Counted from the first letter of the stretch, positions 20,165 to 29,627 are shown. The stretch is 64,000 nt of DNA from an uncultured Ignavibacteriales bacterium (GCA_964627305.1 CAZVHP010000007.1:36939-100938); one strand, 5' to 3'. Notes: generated from the letters alone by a model not told the origin. Numbers and translations are program-made.

Positions 20165-21847
20165 TCAGGTGCTGAACCCGCGCAGCTTCCTCACATCGGC
20201 GTTGCTGAATGTGTTCGACGCAGCATACGGCGTCATCAGGCCGCTGGAGGAGTGATCCCCGGTACCGAAACGCGCCCGCTCGAAAGCCGATTTGGTCCCA
20301 TGGCCAATCTCGTGCCGACAGACAATCTGAAGCCGCGCCGCCGTGCCGTAGTTCTTGAATATCACCGAAATCTGCCCGCGGTTAAACCCCTGCACATTCC
20401 TCCAACGACCATCAGGATCGCCCATCGAGGTCAGCCCCGAACCGGGATTGGCAAGGTTGATCCGAATCCCCGCCGGCCAGAAATTCGTGACGCCGTCGGC
20501 CTGGCCCGACAGCTTCGGGTGATAATACTGAACACCCAGAAGCACATTACGCCCCGACGGTATCCCGGCATCCGCAAACCAGGCATCGCACGCTGTGCCA
20601 TACTCCCTTACAATTGCCTCAAACCAGAGACGAGCCTTGTTCTCAATTGCCGTCTTGGCATTGTTCTTTTTCGTCACCAGGGTGGCATCGGTGCCGGTGT
20701 ACGCGTAGGCCGACAACTGGTCCGCCGTCGGGCGCATCTGGAAAGCTGAAGTTTCCAGCCGTTCCGGTGAAAGATCATTGGGCCACGACTTCGACCCCCC
20801 TCCGCTGGTGTACAGCCCAATATACCGGACAGTCAACGAGGCGGCCAGCGTCGTCACACTCCCGCGCGAATACATGACGAAGGCATCGGTCTCGTAAGCC
20901 GGATCGATCTGGGCCTCAGTGGTGGCGTTGTCAAGGTAGGTCTCGCCGCTCATCGTATAAATGCCGCTGAAGTGGATTTTGCGCCACACGGTCAACTCCG
21001 GACCGCGCTCCCGACGCATGACCGTCGTGCCGTCCGCCCAATACACGGTGGCAAGAATACGATACGTATCCCCACCCACGCCCGACGGCTTGAACTTCAC
21101 AAAGGCCTTACCCCGATCAGACCCCGAGGTCAGCATCTGCACCCGGCAGGACTGCCGAAAGCTGTTGTCGCTGGCCGCTGTACAACGGCTGTCTGCGTCC
21201 CAATAAACCGCATTCGCATCCCCGCCCTTTCCAAGACGAAGACTGGAACCGCTGTTATACAGGTAAGAACTCGTCGAGGACGCGTTACTGCCTCCCGCCT
21301 CGAAAGAAAACGTCACCTCCATAGCGCACTCGGCGCGCGCTTCCTCACCGTTGCTCCGTCGGATAGTCACGGTCACGGCCGTATCAAGCGCCTGCCCGGC
21401 GTTGCTCATGTCAATGCGCCGGTTGGTTGTCCGGGTCCAGATATACAGAGACTGTACCTCCACCCGCACCTGGCGCGTGCGCGTGATCGCCGTACCAACC
21501 CGCAACGTCACCGTGTAAGGCGACTTCTGAGGCGTCACCAGCCCTCCGGCCTCATCACGGCCGTTCCAGTTAAAGGTACTGCGACGGTCAGCGCCGAGTC
21601 CCAGAACACCACTGTTATGCACTGTCCGGTTGTCGCGGTCCTTGATTGTCAGGCTGACCTGCGCCCCCTGTAACGATGCCCCCCGTCGAAACTCATACGT
21701 AATAGGGCAATTCTCGGCCCCGGGCGCGAAGTACTCCGGGGCCTCAAGCGTTGCCTCGCCATCGACCGCAACCGCATCGACACGGCGGGCCGTACCCGCA
21801 CTGTGCCGCGCGCGGCGCCCCCCCGAACCTGAGTCGCCGCTTCCCAT
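20165..21847 (-). CDS. Putative T6SS effector with C-terminal zinc metallopeptidase (zincin) domain
   Basis: No signal peptide. N-terminal FlgD/Ig-like segment (FNWNGRDEAGGLV..PYTV). C-terminal HEIGH..DH..GLM (HExxH, third His, Met-turn). Lies between PAAR and the lipoprotein. Confidence 0.6.
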   Translation of the reverse strand: MGSGDSGSGGRRARHSAGTARRVDAVAVDGEATLEAPEYFAPGAENCPITYEFRRGASLQGAQVSLTIKDRDNRTVHNSGVLGLGADRRSTFNWNGRDEAGGLVTPQKSPYTVTLRVGTAITRTRQVRVEVQSLYIWTRTTNRRIDMSNAGQALDTAVTVTIRRSNGEEARAECAMEVTFSFEAGGSNASSTSSYLYNSGSSLRLGKGGDANAVYWDADSRCTAASDNSFRQSCRVQMLTSGSDRGKAFVKFKPSGVGGDTYRILATVYWADGTTVMRRERGPELTVWRKIHFSGIYTMSGETYLDNATTEAQIDPAYETDAFVMYSRGSVTTLAASLTVRYIGLYTSGGGSKSWPNDLSPERLETSAFQMRPTADQLSAYAYTGTDATLVTKKNNAKTAIENKARLWFEAIVREYGTACDAWFADAGIPSGRNVLLGVQYYHPKLSGQADGVTNFWPAGIRINLANPGSGLTSMGDPDGRWRNVQGFNRGQISVIFKNYGTAARLQIVCRHEIGHGTKSAFERARFGTGDHSSSGLMTPYAASNTFSNADVRKLRGFST

Positions 21848-21903
21848 GCTATCCGCCCTGACCGAAAACGCTCAATGTGACCTGTTTCATCGCCTGCATA
21901 GCA

Positions 21904-22998
21904 TCACGCATCCGCCCGGGTAGTTGCGCCCGAGGTCGGAAATTCGACCGACCACTGACCGGGTGGCACGTTCTCCACCTTCTTGTATCCGTTGGAATCC
22001 AGCGTGCCTTCCAGTATCTGGCCGTTGTCGAAGATCAACCGATAGGCGGCGTTCGGAACCACGTTCCCCTCACCGTCCTTCAAACTGATCTCGACATAAT
22101 CGCGGTACTCCAACAAACCCGAACGCGCCTGAGCCTGCCCAACCGTCGCCATGAAATAGTACTCCGGCATGGAATAGCCGCGCTGTAGCTCCTGCGCCGT
22201 CTGGACATCATCCGTATCCTCAGTGTACCGGTATTCCCAGTCAGCCTCGATCTTGCCACCGGACACCGTAACCTTAATGGTATCAATCAGATCGTCAGCC
22301 GAGGAGATATCCCGCTCGAAAATGCGAAACTCAGCCTCCGTACCCGACTCAAACCCCGATACATCGGCTGACAACGTTACCGTGTCGCCAACCCGCGCCT
22401 GCTTCTCCGACCACCTGGCATTGGTGATAACGAACAGCGCCAGTTCGTAATTCCCCTGCTTGACGCCCGTTTTCTCCACCTTGCCGGACAATGCCCCCTG
22501 TGATTGACTGCCGTCCGGCGCCTTCATCTCGTATTTCACACCGACAATCGGCTTACCGCCCTTGTCGACAACCTTCACATTCAGAAAATGCCCCTCGTCG
22601 GCCTCCGCGTCCTTGTCCGCGATACTCGGCGCCGCGGCATTCCCACTACCCCCGCCACCGCCGGCACCACCACCCGCGCCGCCACCACCACCGCCGGAAC
22701 CGATCAGCACAGTCGGGCAGCCGGGCGGAAGAATCGTGTCCGGCGGACCCGAGCAGGTAAGCATGTCCCCAACACAGGCTGCGGGCAGATTACCAATAAG
22801 AACCGTCGGACAGCCGGGCGGCATAATAGGCCCCCCCACATGCGGAGTCGGAGGCACCGTGGGATTCGCCATCGGACAGGTATGCATATCCCCAACACGA
22901 GCCGCCGGCATACCGCCAATCAGAACCGTAGGTTCTCCCTTGACAATAACACCACCATGAACAGTAGTATCACCCATGCGAGCCGCCGGTTTGCCCAT
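21904..22998 (-). CDS. PAAR protein with Gly linker and transthyretin-like/Ig-like extension
   Basis: PAARMGD, PAARVGD, PAACVGD repeats with His/Cys metal ligands, a poly-Gly linker, and two D..G.P.....Y......G....G.L TTR-like units. RBS AAGGAG before ATG 22998. Confidence 0.9.
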   Translation of the reverse strand: MGKPAARMGDTTVHGGVIVKGEPTVLIGGMPAARVGDMHTCPMANPTVPPTPHVGGPIMPPGCPTVLIGNLPAACVGDMLTCSGPPDTILPPGCPTVLIGSGGGGGGAGGGAGGGGGSGNAAAPSIADKDAEADEGHFLNVKVVDKGGKPIVGVKYEMKAPDGSQSQGALSGKVEKTGVKQGNYELALFVITNARWSEKQARVGDTVTLSADVSGFESGTEAEFRIFERDISSADDLIDTIKVTVSGGKIEADWEYRYTEDTDDVQTAQELQRGYSMPEYYFMATVGQAQARSGLLEYRDYVEISLKDGEGNVVPNAAYRLIFDNGQILEGTLDSNGYKKVENVPPGQWSVEFPTSGATTRADA

Positions 22999-23014
22999 TG
23001 ATATATCTCCTTGC

Positions 23015-23148
23015 ACCGATCGGTACCGATAGTCCTGAGAACGACCGCGATCTGCCCCGACCAAAACCGCGCCGCAATCTGCTCGCCGAAGGCCGGACAG
23101 CCCGCGCTCTCATCCCATGCTTGAGGATTATACGGCACACCGATCGGT
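23015..23148. promoter_or_regulatory. Divergent promoter region with two ACCGATCGGT palindromes and a TATAAT box
   Basis: ACCGATCGGT at 23015-23024 and 23139-23148; TATAAT on the minus strand at 23127-23132. Confidence 0.45.
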
Positions 23149-23246
23149 TAAACCAGTCCTTTTTTTGATTGAAACAAAGCGTTGCGGTTGCCCGCCCGGT
23201 CGTATAACTTGCGGCGAACAGGGACCGTGACAATGTGGACAAAGGC

Positions 23247-25028
23247 ATGAGCGAGCAATCAATCGGCGACTACAAAGTGATCCGCGATCTGGGCGGCGGC
23301 GGCATGGCACGCGTGTTTCTCGGCGTACACAAGGATGTGCCCAACCTCCGTGTCGTGCTCAAAATTCTCCGCGACCCCCGCATGGCCGATCGCTTCAGTC
23401 AGGAGGCCGACAAATTGGCCCTTCTGGACCGTGATCGTCATGTCTGTCAGCTCAAACACTTCTTCAAGCACGGCGATGAGACTGTCATCGCGATGGAGCA
23501 TATCGAAGGCCCCACCCTCGAACAGCGCGTCGCCGAGGCCGGTACACTGCCCGTACGTGAGGCCGTCGACATTATCGCCATCGTCCTCGATGTCCTGGCC
23601 AAAGCACACGCCCGAAACATCTGGCACCGGGACATCAAACCCAGCAACATCATGCTGGAACACGGCCTGACCAAGGCCGTCAAAGTAATCGATTTCGGCA
23701 TCGCCAAGGCCGACTCCGACCCCGCCCTCACGGCAGCCGGGTCATGCTGCGGCACACCCCTGTATATGGCCCCCGAGCAGTTTGTGCCGACCGAAAGCAC
23801 CAACTACTCCCTGGTCGATGTCTACGCTGTCGGCGTCACACTCTACAACCTGCTGACCGGCGAATTGCCCTTCAAGGGGGACAACGAATTCGCCATTCGC
23901 GATGCCAAACTCAATGAAACCCCGATCCCGCCGCGAAAGCACAATTCCGCTATTCCGGCCGAGATTGAGGCCGTTATCCTCAAAGCCATTGCGCGCGATC
24001 CGGAATCCCGTTATCAGTCGGCACCGGAGATGAAACAGGCACTGCTCGATGCCGCCGGCGTATCCGACGTGTCACAGACACTTTCAACCGGCAAAACAAC
24101 CGGCGAAACCCCCGAGCCGGTCACCTCGGGGACGCGCACCCCCGCAATAGACAAGACAACAGACACAAAGCGCCGCCCCTTCACCGCCAAGACTCTCGTT
24201 GCGGGCGCAGTCGTCATCGTCGTGGCCGCAATCGTCATCTGGCTGGCAACCCGCTCCGAGGAAACAGCCGGCCCACCTGTCGCACCGTCCACCCTCGCTC
24301 CCGGTAACGGCAGCGAAATCGAAGACCTCTCCCGGGCCGGCTTTGCCTGGGGCACAGCCACTGGAACCGATGTCAGGTACTTCCTCCAGTATGACAACAA
24401 CCCCGAATTCATCTCGCCGGTGGGAGTCTCCAATCTGGCGGACACAACTCATCCGATGGACACAACGCTCCCCCCGGGCTCGTATTTCTGGCGCGTCCGC
24501 GCCATCTCACGGGGAATCATCGGGCCCTACTCCGAGGTCGCCTCATTTGTGGTGGCCGGCCCGACGGCACCTGAGCTTACCACCGGAAGACTACTGGTGA
24601 CCAGCAACATGGCCGCAGACATCTCGGTCAACGATGACCTCGTGCGCCGCGCAGCCACTCAACTCGATACGGTGCTGCCGACCGGACGTCATCGCATTGC
24701 GGCCGTCAACCGAAACACCGCCGAACGGCAGAGAAATCAGACCGTGACAATTGGCGAAGGCGAATCAACCAACGTGGACTTCCGATTCACTCCGCGTACC
24801 GACTCGACCACCCTGCGCGTTACATCGGAACCGGCCTTCGCTGAGATCTATATCGACGGCCGGCTTCGTGAGGGTGTCCAGACCCCCCACCAGTTTGAAC
24901 TGCCGGTCGGCAGCCATGTCATTAAGGTTGTCAAAGATGGCGAGGCGACAGAACAACGGATCGACCTGCGCTCACCATCAACATACAAATTCTTTATCGA
25001 AGGCGATTCGGTCGTGCGTCGCGAGTGA
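23247..25028 (+). CDS. Hanks-type membrane Ser/Thr kinase with extracytoplasmic FN3-like and PEGA domains
   Basis: LGGGGMARV, VVLKIL, HRDIKPSN, DFG, GTPLYMAPE. TM LVAGAVVIVVAAIVIWL, YFWRVRA FN3-like motif, and two PEGA-like repeats (LRVTSEPAFAEIYIDG..TP). Alternative GTG start at 23235. Confidence 0.92.
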   Translation: MSEQSIGDYKVIRDLGGGGMARVFLGVHKDVPNLRVVLKILRDPRMADRFSQEADKLALLDRDRHVCQLKHFFKHGDETVIAMEHIEGPTLEQRVAEAGTLPVREAVDIIAIVLDVLAKAHARNIWHRDIKPSNIMLEHGLTKAVKVIDFGIAKADSDPALTAAGSCCGTPLYMAPEQFVPTESTNYSLVDVYAVGVTLYNLLTGELPFKGDNEFAIRDAKLNETPIPPRKHNSAIPAEIEAVILKAIARDPESRYQSAPEMKQALLDAAGVSDVSQTLSTGKTTGETPEPVTSGTRTPAIDKTTDTKRRPFTAKTLVAGAVVIVVAAIVIWLATRSEETAGPPVAPSTLAPGNGSEIEDLSRAGFAWGTATGTDVRYFLQYDNNPEFISPVGVSNLADTTHPMDTTLPPGSYFWRVRAISRGIIGPYSEVASFVVAGPTAPELTTGRLLVTSNMAADISVNDDLVRRAATQLDTVLPTGRHRIAAVNRNTAERQRNQTVTIGEGESTNVDFRFTPRTDSTTLRVTSEPAFAEIYIDGRLREGVQTPHQFELPVGSHVIKVVKDGEATEQRIDLRSPSTYKFFIEGDSVVRRE

Positions 25029-25151
25029 GATCGTGACACACAGCAACTGAGAAAAGTGCTTTTTCAGGGCTGCCGTGATTGCTATATTCCCGGCAGCACA
25101 CTCAGACGCACTCTATCTTGGGAAATCAGTCATTCAGAATAAGGAGCGCTT

Positions 25152-26204
25152 ATGCTTTTGTTCAGATCGAAAAACGTGTCGACCGCCGCGATGCTGCTGG
25201 TCGCCGCCATCATCATGTGGCCGGGCCCGGCGGCCACAGAGGAACTCGATGTCTCTGACCGTCTGGCCGAGGTCCGCGACCTGTACTTCGACGCCGACTT
25301 CGAGAAGGCGCTGTCACTGACCAATGAGCTGCTGCGACGGCCCGATGTGACCACCGCCGACAGCATCGCCATCCTGGAGCATCAGGGACTGATCTACTTC
25401 AGTTGGGGCAATGACTATCACAATAAGTCGGTGCAGTGTCTGGAGCGCATCTCAAAGATCGATCCCTGCCTGATCAAACTGCCCCGCAAGTACTGGCCCG
25501 CCCCCATGGCCGACTACTGGTACAAGATAGCCGATACGATGGGCGTACTCACCTGCAACCGCGGCGCTGACACCAGGGTCCAGACCATTGCCTTCTGGCC
25601 GCTCGATGCCACCGCGCAGCAGAAATCGCAGGAGCGGCTCGGAGACCTCGGCGCCGGCCTGGCCCAGATACTCGAGATTGGATTCATGAACATCGGCGGA
25701 CTCGAAGTCGTCGAGCGCCAGAAACTCGACTACCTGATCAGGGAACACCAACTGGCCCAGGGCGAACTGGTCGATCAGCAGACCGCCCTCAAGGCCGGCA
25801 AGATGCTCTCGGCACACCTGATGGTCTTCGGCAGCATCATCGAACTTGACGGATCCAAAGACATCAAGCTGGCCTTCCGCGTAACGGAGGTGGAGACCAG
25901 CCGTAACCTGATGGGCTTCCAGATCGACGGAAAGAAGGGCCAGTATTACGATCTGATCCAGAAAGCGACGGAGGAGCTGTGCAAGCGCCTGGATATCGCG
26001 CTGTCCGGTGATGCCCGCGACCTGATCAAGGAGGCCGGCACCAAGTCCGGCAGCGCCATGGAAGAATACGCTGCGGGCCTTCGTTACGAAAGACAGCACG
26101 AGTACACCAAAGCCTACAAACACTTCCAGGCAGCGGTTGAGGCCGACCCCGACTTCGGCGAGGCCCGGACGAAGCTCGATGTCTACAAACCGCTGGTCGG
26201 TTAG
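25152..26204 (+). CDS. Exported CsgG/HfaB-like (TolB-N fold) protein with TPR helices
   Basis: Signal peptide; TIAFWPL..GLAQIL..LEVVERQKLDYLIREHQL..VDQQTALKAGKML.A..MVFGS; C-terminal TPR (AYKHFQAAVEADPDF). Confidence 0.75.
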   Translation: MLLFRSKNVSTAAMLLVAAIIMWPGPAATEELDVSDRLAEVRDLYFDADFEKALSLTNELLRRPDVTTADSIAILEHQGLIYFSWGNDYHNKSVQCLERISKIDPCLIKLPRKYWPAPMADYWYKIADTMGVLTCNRGADTRVQTIAFWPLDATAQQKSQERLGDLGAGLAQILEIGFMNIGGLEVVERQKLDYLIREHQLAQGELVDQQTALKAGKMLSAHLMVFGSIIELDGSKDIKLAFRVTEVETSRNLMGFQIDGKKGQYYDLIQKATEELCKRLDIALSGDARDLIKEAGTKSGSAMEEYAAGLRYERQHEYTKAYKHFQAAVEADPDFGEARTKLDVYKPLVG

Positions 26205-26253
26205 GTGTAACAGAAGTTGACTACGGCAACCCGTTAGCAAAGAGAAACGCAGT

Positions 26254-27579
26254 ATGGTGATCCGGTTAAGGATATCTCCCGCCCTGGCCCTTGTTGCCTT
26301 CATGGCCCTGCTGATCGCAGGATGTTCAGCAGGACGAGTCGGTCAGGGCCGAAAACTGGCCGATGCCGGTCAGTATGACCAGGCAAGGAAGGTCCTGTAC
26401 CAGGAACTGGAGGCACGCCCGAAGAGCACCGAGGCATGGCGCGAGCTTGGCGCCACCTTCTACAAGGAAGGTGAATACGAACGCGCACTGGTCGCCCTCC
26501 AGAACGCGAGCGATGAGGACGCCTACGCCCTCATGTACCGCGGCCTGACGCTGGAGGGCCTCTCTCGCACTACCGAGGCGATCGACAACTACCTTGCCAC
26601 AATCTCGCACATGCCCCAGGGCAAGACACGCGCGATGGTCCGTCGCCGCCTTGACAGCCTGCTGCTCGCCGAGGCTACCATGCGCGAGGAGCGACTGGCC
26701 CGTGAAGAAAGCGAACTGGAGGCTGCCATCGTGCCGTCCAACGCCGTCGCCGTGGTGACTTTCGATGCCCGCCACCTCAGCGACGATCTGCGGCCCGTGG
26801 CCCGCGGGTTCGCCGAACTGGTGGCCACCGATCTGACCCACGTCAACGCACTGGTCACCGTTGACCGACTCCGTATCCAGACTCTCCTTCGCGAACAGGA
26901 ACTGGCCCAATCGGGACTGGTCGACGCCGCCAGCGCCCCGCGCATGGGAAAGCTCCTTGGCGCCGGTAAACTCGTCGGCGGCAGCATGTCCAGTGCGGGC
27001 GACCAACTGCTGGTCAGCGGCTCACTGATCGACCTTGTCTCCGAACAGGGAAGCCGATCGGTACCCGCCGAGCGCGAGCTGCAGGAGTTGTTCCGCCTCC
27101 AGAAGGAATTCGTCTTCAGCGTGATCGACAGCCTGGGCATTGAACTGACCAAAGCCGAACGAGACGCCATCGGGACATACCCCACAACCTCCTATGCCGC
27201 CTTCCTTGCCTACTGCCGGGGACTTGAGTATCGACAGCAGGGCTTCTTCAAATCCGCCGAAGCTGAGTTTCAGCAGGCAGCCGAACTCGACGGCGGCTTC
27301 CTGCAGGCACGTCAGGAACTCCAAACAACCCAGGACCTGATTGTCGGCGCCACCCTCCCGGACGTCAGCCCCCGGGCTTTGACCGCAGCCGCAACCGAAC
27401 TCCTCGGTGCCGGGACTGCCGCCGGCCTTGAGGCCGGCTTGTCAAACCTCGCCAATACCAGCGGCGTCGTACCACAACCGCAGACCGACCCCGACAACGG
27501 CAACAGCAACGCCGACAACAAACCCGTCGTCTCGGGGTATGGCTCGGCAACAGTGACAGGAGGGTTCGATGGCCAGTAA
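26254..27579 (+). CDS. Lipoprotein with TPR repeats and CsgG/HfaB-like domain
   Basis: Lipobox LIAG-C, N-terminal TPRs, AVAVVTF..GFAELVATDL..VDRLRIQTLLREQELAQSGLVDAASAPRMGKLLGA, then PTTSYAAFLAYCRGL TPR. Confidence 0.78.
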   Translation: MVIRLRISPALALVAFMALLIAGCSAGRVGQGRKLADAGQYDQARKVLYQELEARPKSTEAWRELGATFYKEGEYERALVALQNASDEDAYALMYRGLTLEGLSRTTEAIDNYLATISHMPQGKTRAMVRRRLDSLLLAEATMREERLAREESELEAAIVPSNAVAVVTFDARHLSDDLRPVARGFAELVATDLTHVNALVTVDRLRIQTLLREQELAQSGLVDAASAPRMGKLLGAGKLVGGSMSSAGDQLLVSGSLIDLVSEQGSRSVPAERELQELFRLQKEFVFSVIDSLGIELTKAERDAIGTYPTTSYAAFLAYCRGLEYRQQGFFKSAEAEFQQAAELDGGFLQARQELQTTQDLIVGATLPDVSPRALTAAATELLGAGTAAGLEAGLSNLANTSGVVPQPQTDPDNGNSNADNKPVVSGYGSATVTGGFDGQ

Positions 27580-28699
27580 ACCGATAGTACGGATGCTGAC
27601 AGCGGGACTCACGTTGCTCATGCTCATCGTGGCCGTGCCGCTGTCGACCAACGGACAGATTGTCACCGACCAGCCAACCTCCGGACGTGCCGGAATCACT
27701 TACACGTACTGGAAAATCAGCACCGATGCCGGCGATGCCACCCTGTCCCAGACATGGCTGCCGATGAGCGTCTTCCTGCCCATTCAGGAAAACCTCGAGG
27801 CCCAGGTGTTCTTCTCCACCACCAGCAGCAGCATTGATACCGATATCGCCGATGCCCGCGTCACCGGCCTTGGCGACCTCAGGCTGCAAGTCAGCAGGTC
27901 CGTCATGGAAGACCAGGTGCTCCTGAGCCTGGGCATGAGCCTGCCGACCGGCAAGACCGAGCTTGACCTCGGTGCCGAAAGCGAACTGCTCCAGCTTCTG
28001 GCCGAAAGCTTCCTTGATGTCCCCTCACGCCGCTGGGGCGAAGGATTCGGGCTGAACCTCCTCGTGGGCGGGGCACAGCACTGGCAGGGATGGAACCTCG
28101 CCGCCAGCGCCGCCTGGTGGTACAGCGGCGCCTATACGCCGTACGAGGGCTCCGGCGACTACAACCCCGGCGACCTTCTACGCCTGGTGGCACGGGCACA
28201 GAAACCCGGCGATGCCCTGTCCTGGTCAGGAGGTCTGAGCTACACCCACTACGCCGCCGATCAGGTCGACGGCGACAAAACCTTCCGCCAAAGCCCCTAT
28301 CTCCAGACCTATGTCGGCGCGGACTACCGCCGGAACTCAATGTATATGTCAAACCTGATTCGGTACACGCTCCGTGGCGACAACAAGCTGTTTGTCGATG
28401 ATGCCTCTTCGCAAACACTCAAGCTGTACGGCAACGAACTCCAGTTGCTGTCGCGAGTTGTCTTCGATGTCGCCCCCGACTGGTATGCCGGGCCGACTCT
28501 TTCGGTCCGACTGATCGGCGGCAATGACATGGGCTTCGACAACAGCCACACGGTGCGCATCGGCGCTCTGGTGGGCAAGTCACTGACCGAGAAACACCGG
28601 CTCCACGCCGAGGCGCGGTATATGAGGGGAAGCGCCGACGGCGGCAACATATCCCTCAGCGGTCTGCAACTAATGCTCGAATTCAAGGCGGAGTTGTGA
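27569..28699 (+). CDS. Probable outer-membrane beta-barrel protein
   Basis: Signal peptide, alternating amphipathic strands, GLGDLRLQ..LGMSLPTGKT and YNPGD motifs. Overlaps the upstream gene by 11 bp. Confidence 0.65.
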   Translation: MASKPIVRMLTAGLTLLMLIVAVPLSTNGQIVTDQPTSGRAGITYTYWKISTDAGDATLSQTWLPMSVFLPIQENLEAQVFFSTTSSSIDTDIADARVTGLGDLRLQVSRSVMEDQVLLSLGMSLPTGKTELDLGAESELLQLLAESFLDVPSRRWGEGFGLNLLVGGAQHWQGWNLAASAAWWYSGAYTPYEGSGDYNPGDLLRLVARAQKPGDALSWSGGLSYTHYAADQVDGDKTFRQSPYLQTYVGADYRRNSMYMSNLIRYTLRGDNKLFVDDASSQTLKLYGNELQLLSRVVFDVAPDWYAGPTLSVRLIGGNDMGFDNSHTVRIGALVGKSLTEKHRLHAEARYMRGSADGGNISLSGLQLMLEFKAEL

Positions 28700-28700
28700 T

Positions 28701-29621
28701 ATGAAACAGACGCCCTTCAAAGACATACGCACCGCGATCATACTGATAACGATCGCACTGACAGCACTGGTGCTCGGTTGCTCCAACTACTCCACGCAGA
28801 GCTACTCGACACAATCGGTCACGGTCTCGGTCGATCTGCAACGCCCCACGCTGCTGCTCCAGCAGTCAATCGGACGGATCGACCTGGCCGTCTACCGCGG
28901 TTCAACCATCACCGAGGAGCCTGAGGTCTACCTGATACTAACCGAGACCGGCGGCGTGGTCACGGCTGTCATCGACAGTCTCCCGGCCAGCGACCCCCTG
29001 CTGTTTGTATTGACCGCCTACGATATCGAAATGGGGGTCCCGCTGTATCAGGACCGAAGAATCATCAGACTCCTGCCGGACCGGATGAACAACGTGACCA
29101 TGACTCTCCGCCCGGCAGTGCCGATGCTCCGGGTGCGGCCACGCTTCATCTCGCGAACGACAGCAGAGACCTTTCCCCTGGACGTGCGGGTTGACAGCGT
29201 GCAGTCGCTCTACGGGCTGGCTTTCCGGGTGAACTACGAGACCACCATGCTTCACATCGACAGCGTGCAGTCAATCGCCGGCTCCGGCACCATCTTCGTC
29301 GCCGAACAGGAAGACTCACCAACCAGCGGCTTCGGCGCCTGGGCCATCGGCATCAGCTCCACCCAGCCCGGCGTTCCCCTGGTCAACAGCGCCGGCAGCG
29401 CGGGACTGGCCCGGTTATACTGCCGACCTGATCGGAACCTCTCGTGGAGTCTGATAGATACGGCTTCGATCTGGCTGCAGGTCACCGATGGAACCTACAC
29501 CGACAGCTCTCAGATATCGATGATGGATATCTTCACCGACGACTGCCTGATTGAGTTTCACACCGACGGATGGTTTGACGACTGGTACCAGGGCGATGGG
29601 GTAGGCGACAGCCTCAGATAG
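28701..29621 (+). CDS. Lipoprotein with C-terminal cohesin-like domain
   Basis: Lipobox VLG-C; FPLDVRVDSVQSLYGLAFRVNYETTMLHIDSV..GSAGLARL resembles the cohesin strand pattern. Confidence 0.55.
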   Translation: MKQTPFKDIRTAIILITIALTALVLGCSNYSTQSYSTQSVTVSVDLQRPTLLLQQSIGRIDLAVYRGSTITEEPEVYLILTETGGVVTAVIDSLPASDPLLFVLTAYDIEMGVPLYQDRRIIRLLPDRMNNVTMTLRPAVPMLRVRPRFISRTTAETFPLDVRVDSVQSLYGLAFRVNYETTMLHIDSVQSIAGSGTIFVAEQEDSPTSGFGAWAIGISSTQPGVPLVNSAGSAGLARLYCRPDRNLSWSLIDTASIWLQVTDGTYTDSSQISMMDIFTDDCLIEFHTDGWFDDWYQGDGVGDSLR

Positions 29622-29627
29622 GGGGAT

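Noticed and set aside
22640-22700. GGC/GGT-rich repeat tract
   Set aside because: Simply encodes the poly-Gly linker of the PAAR protein.
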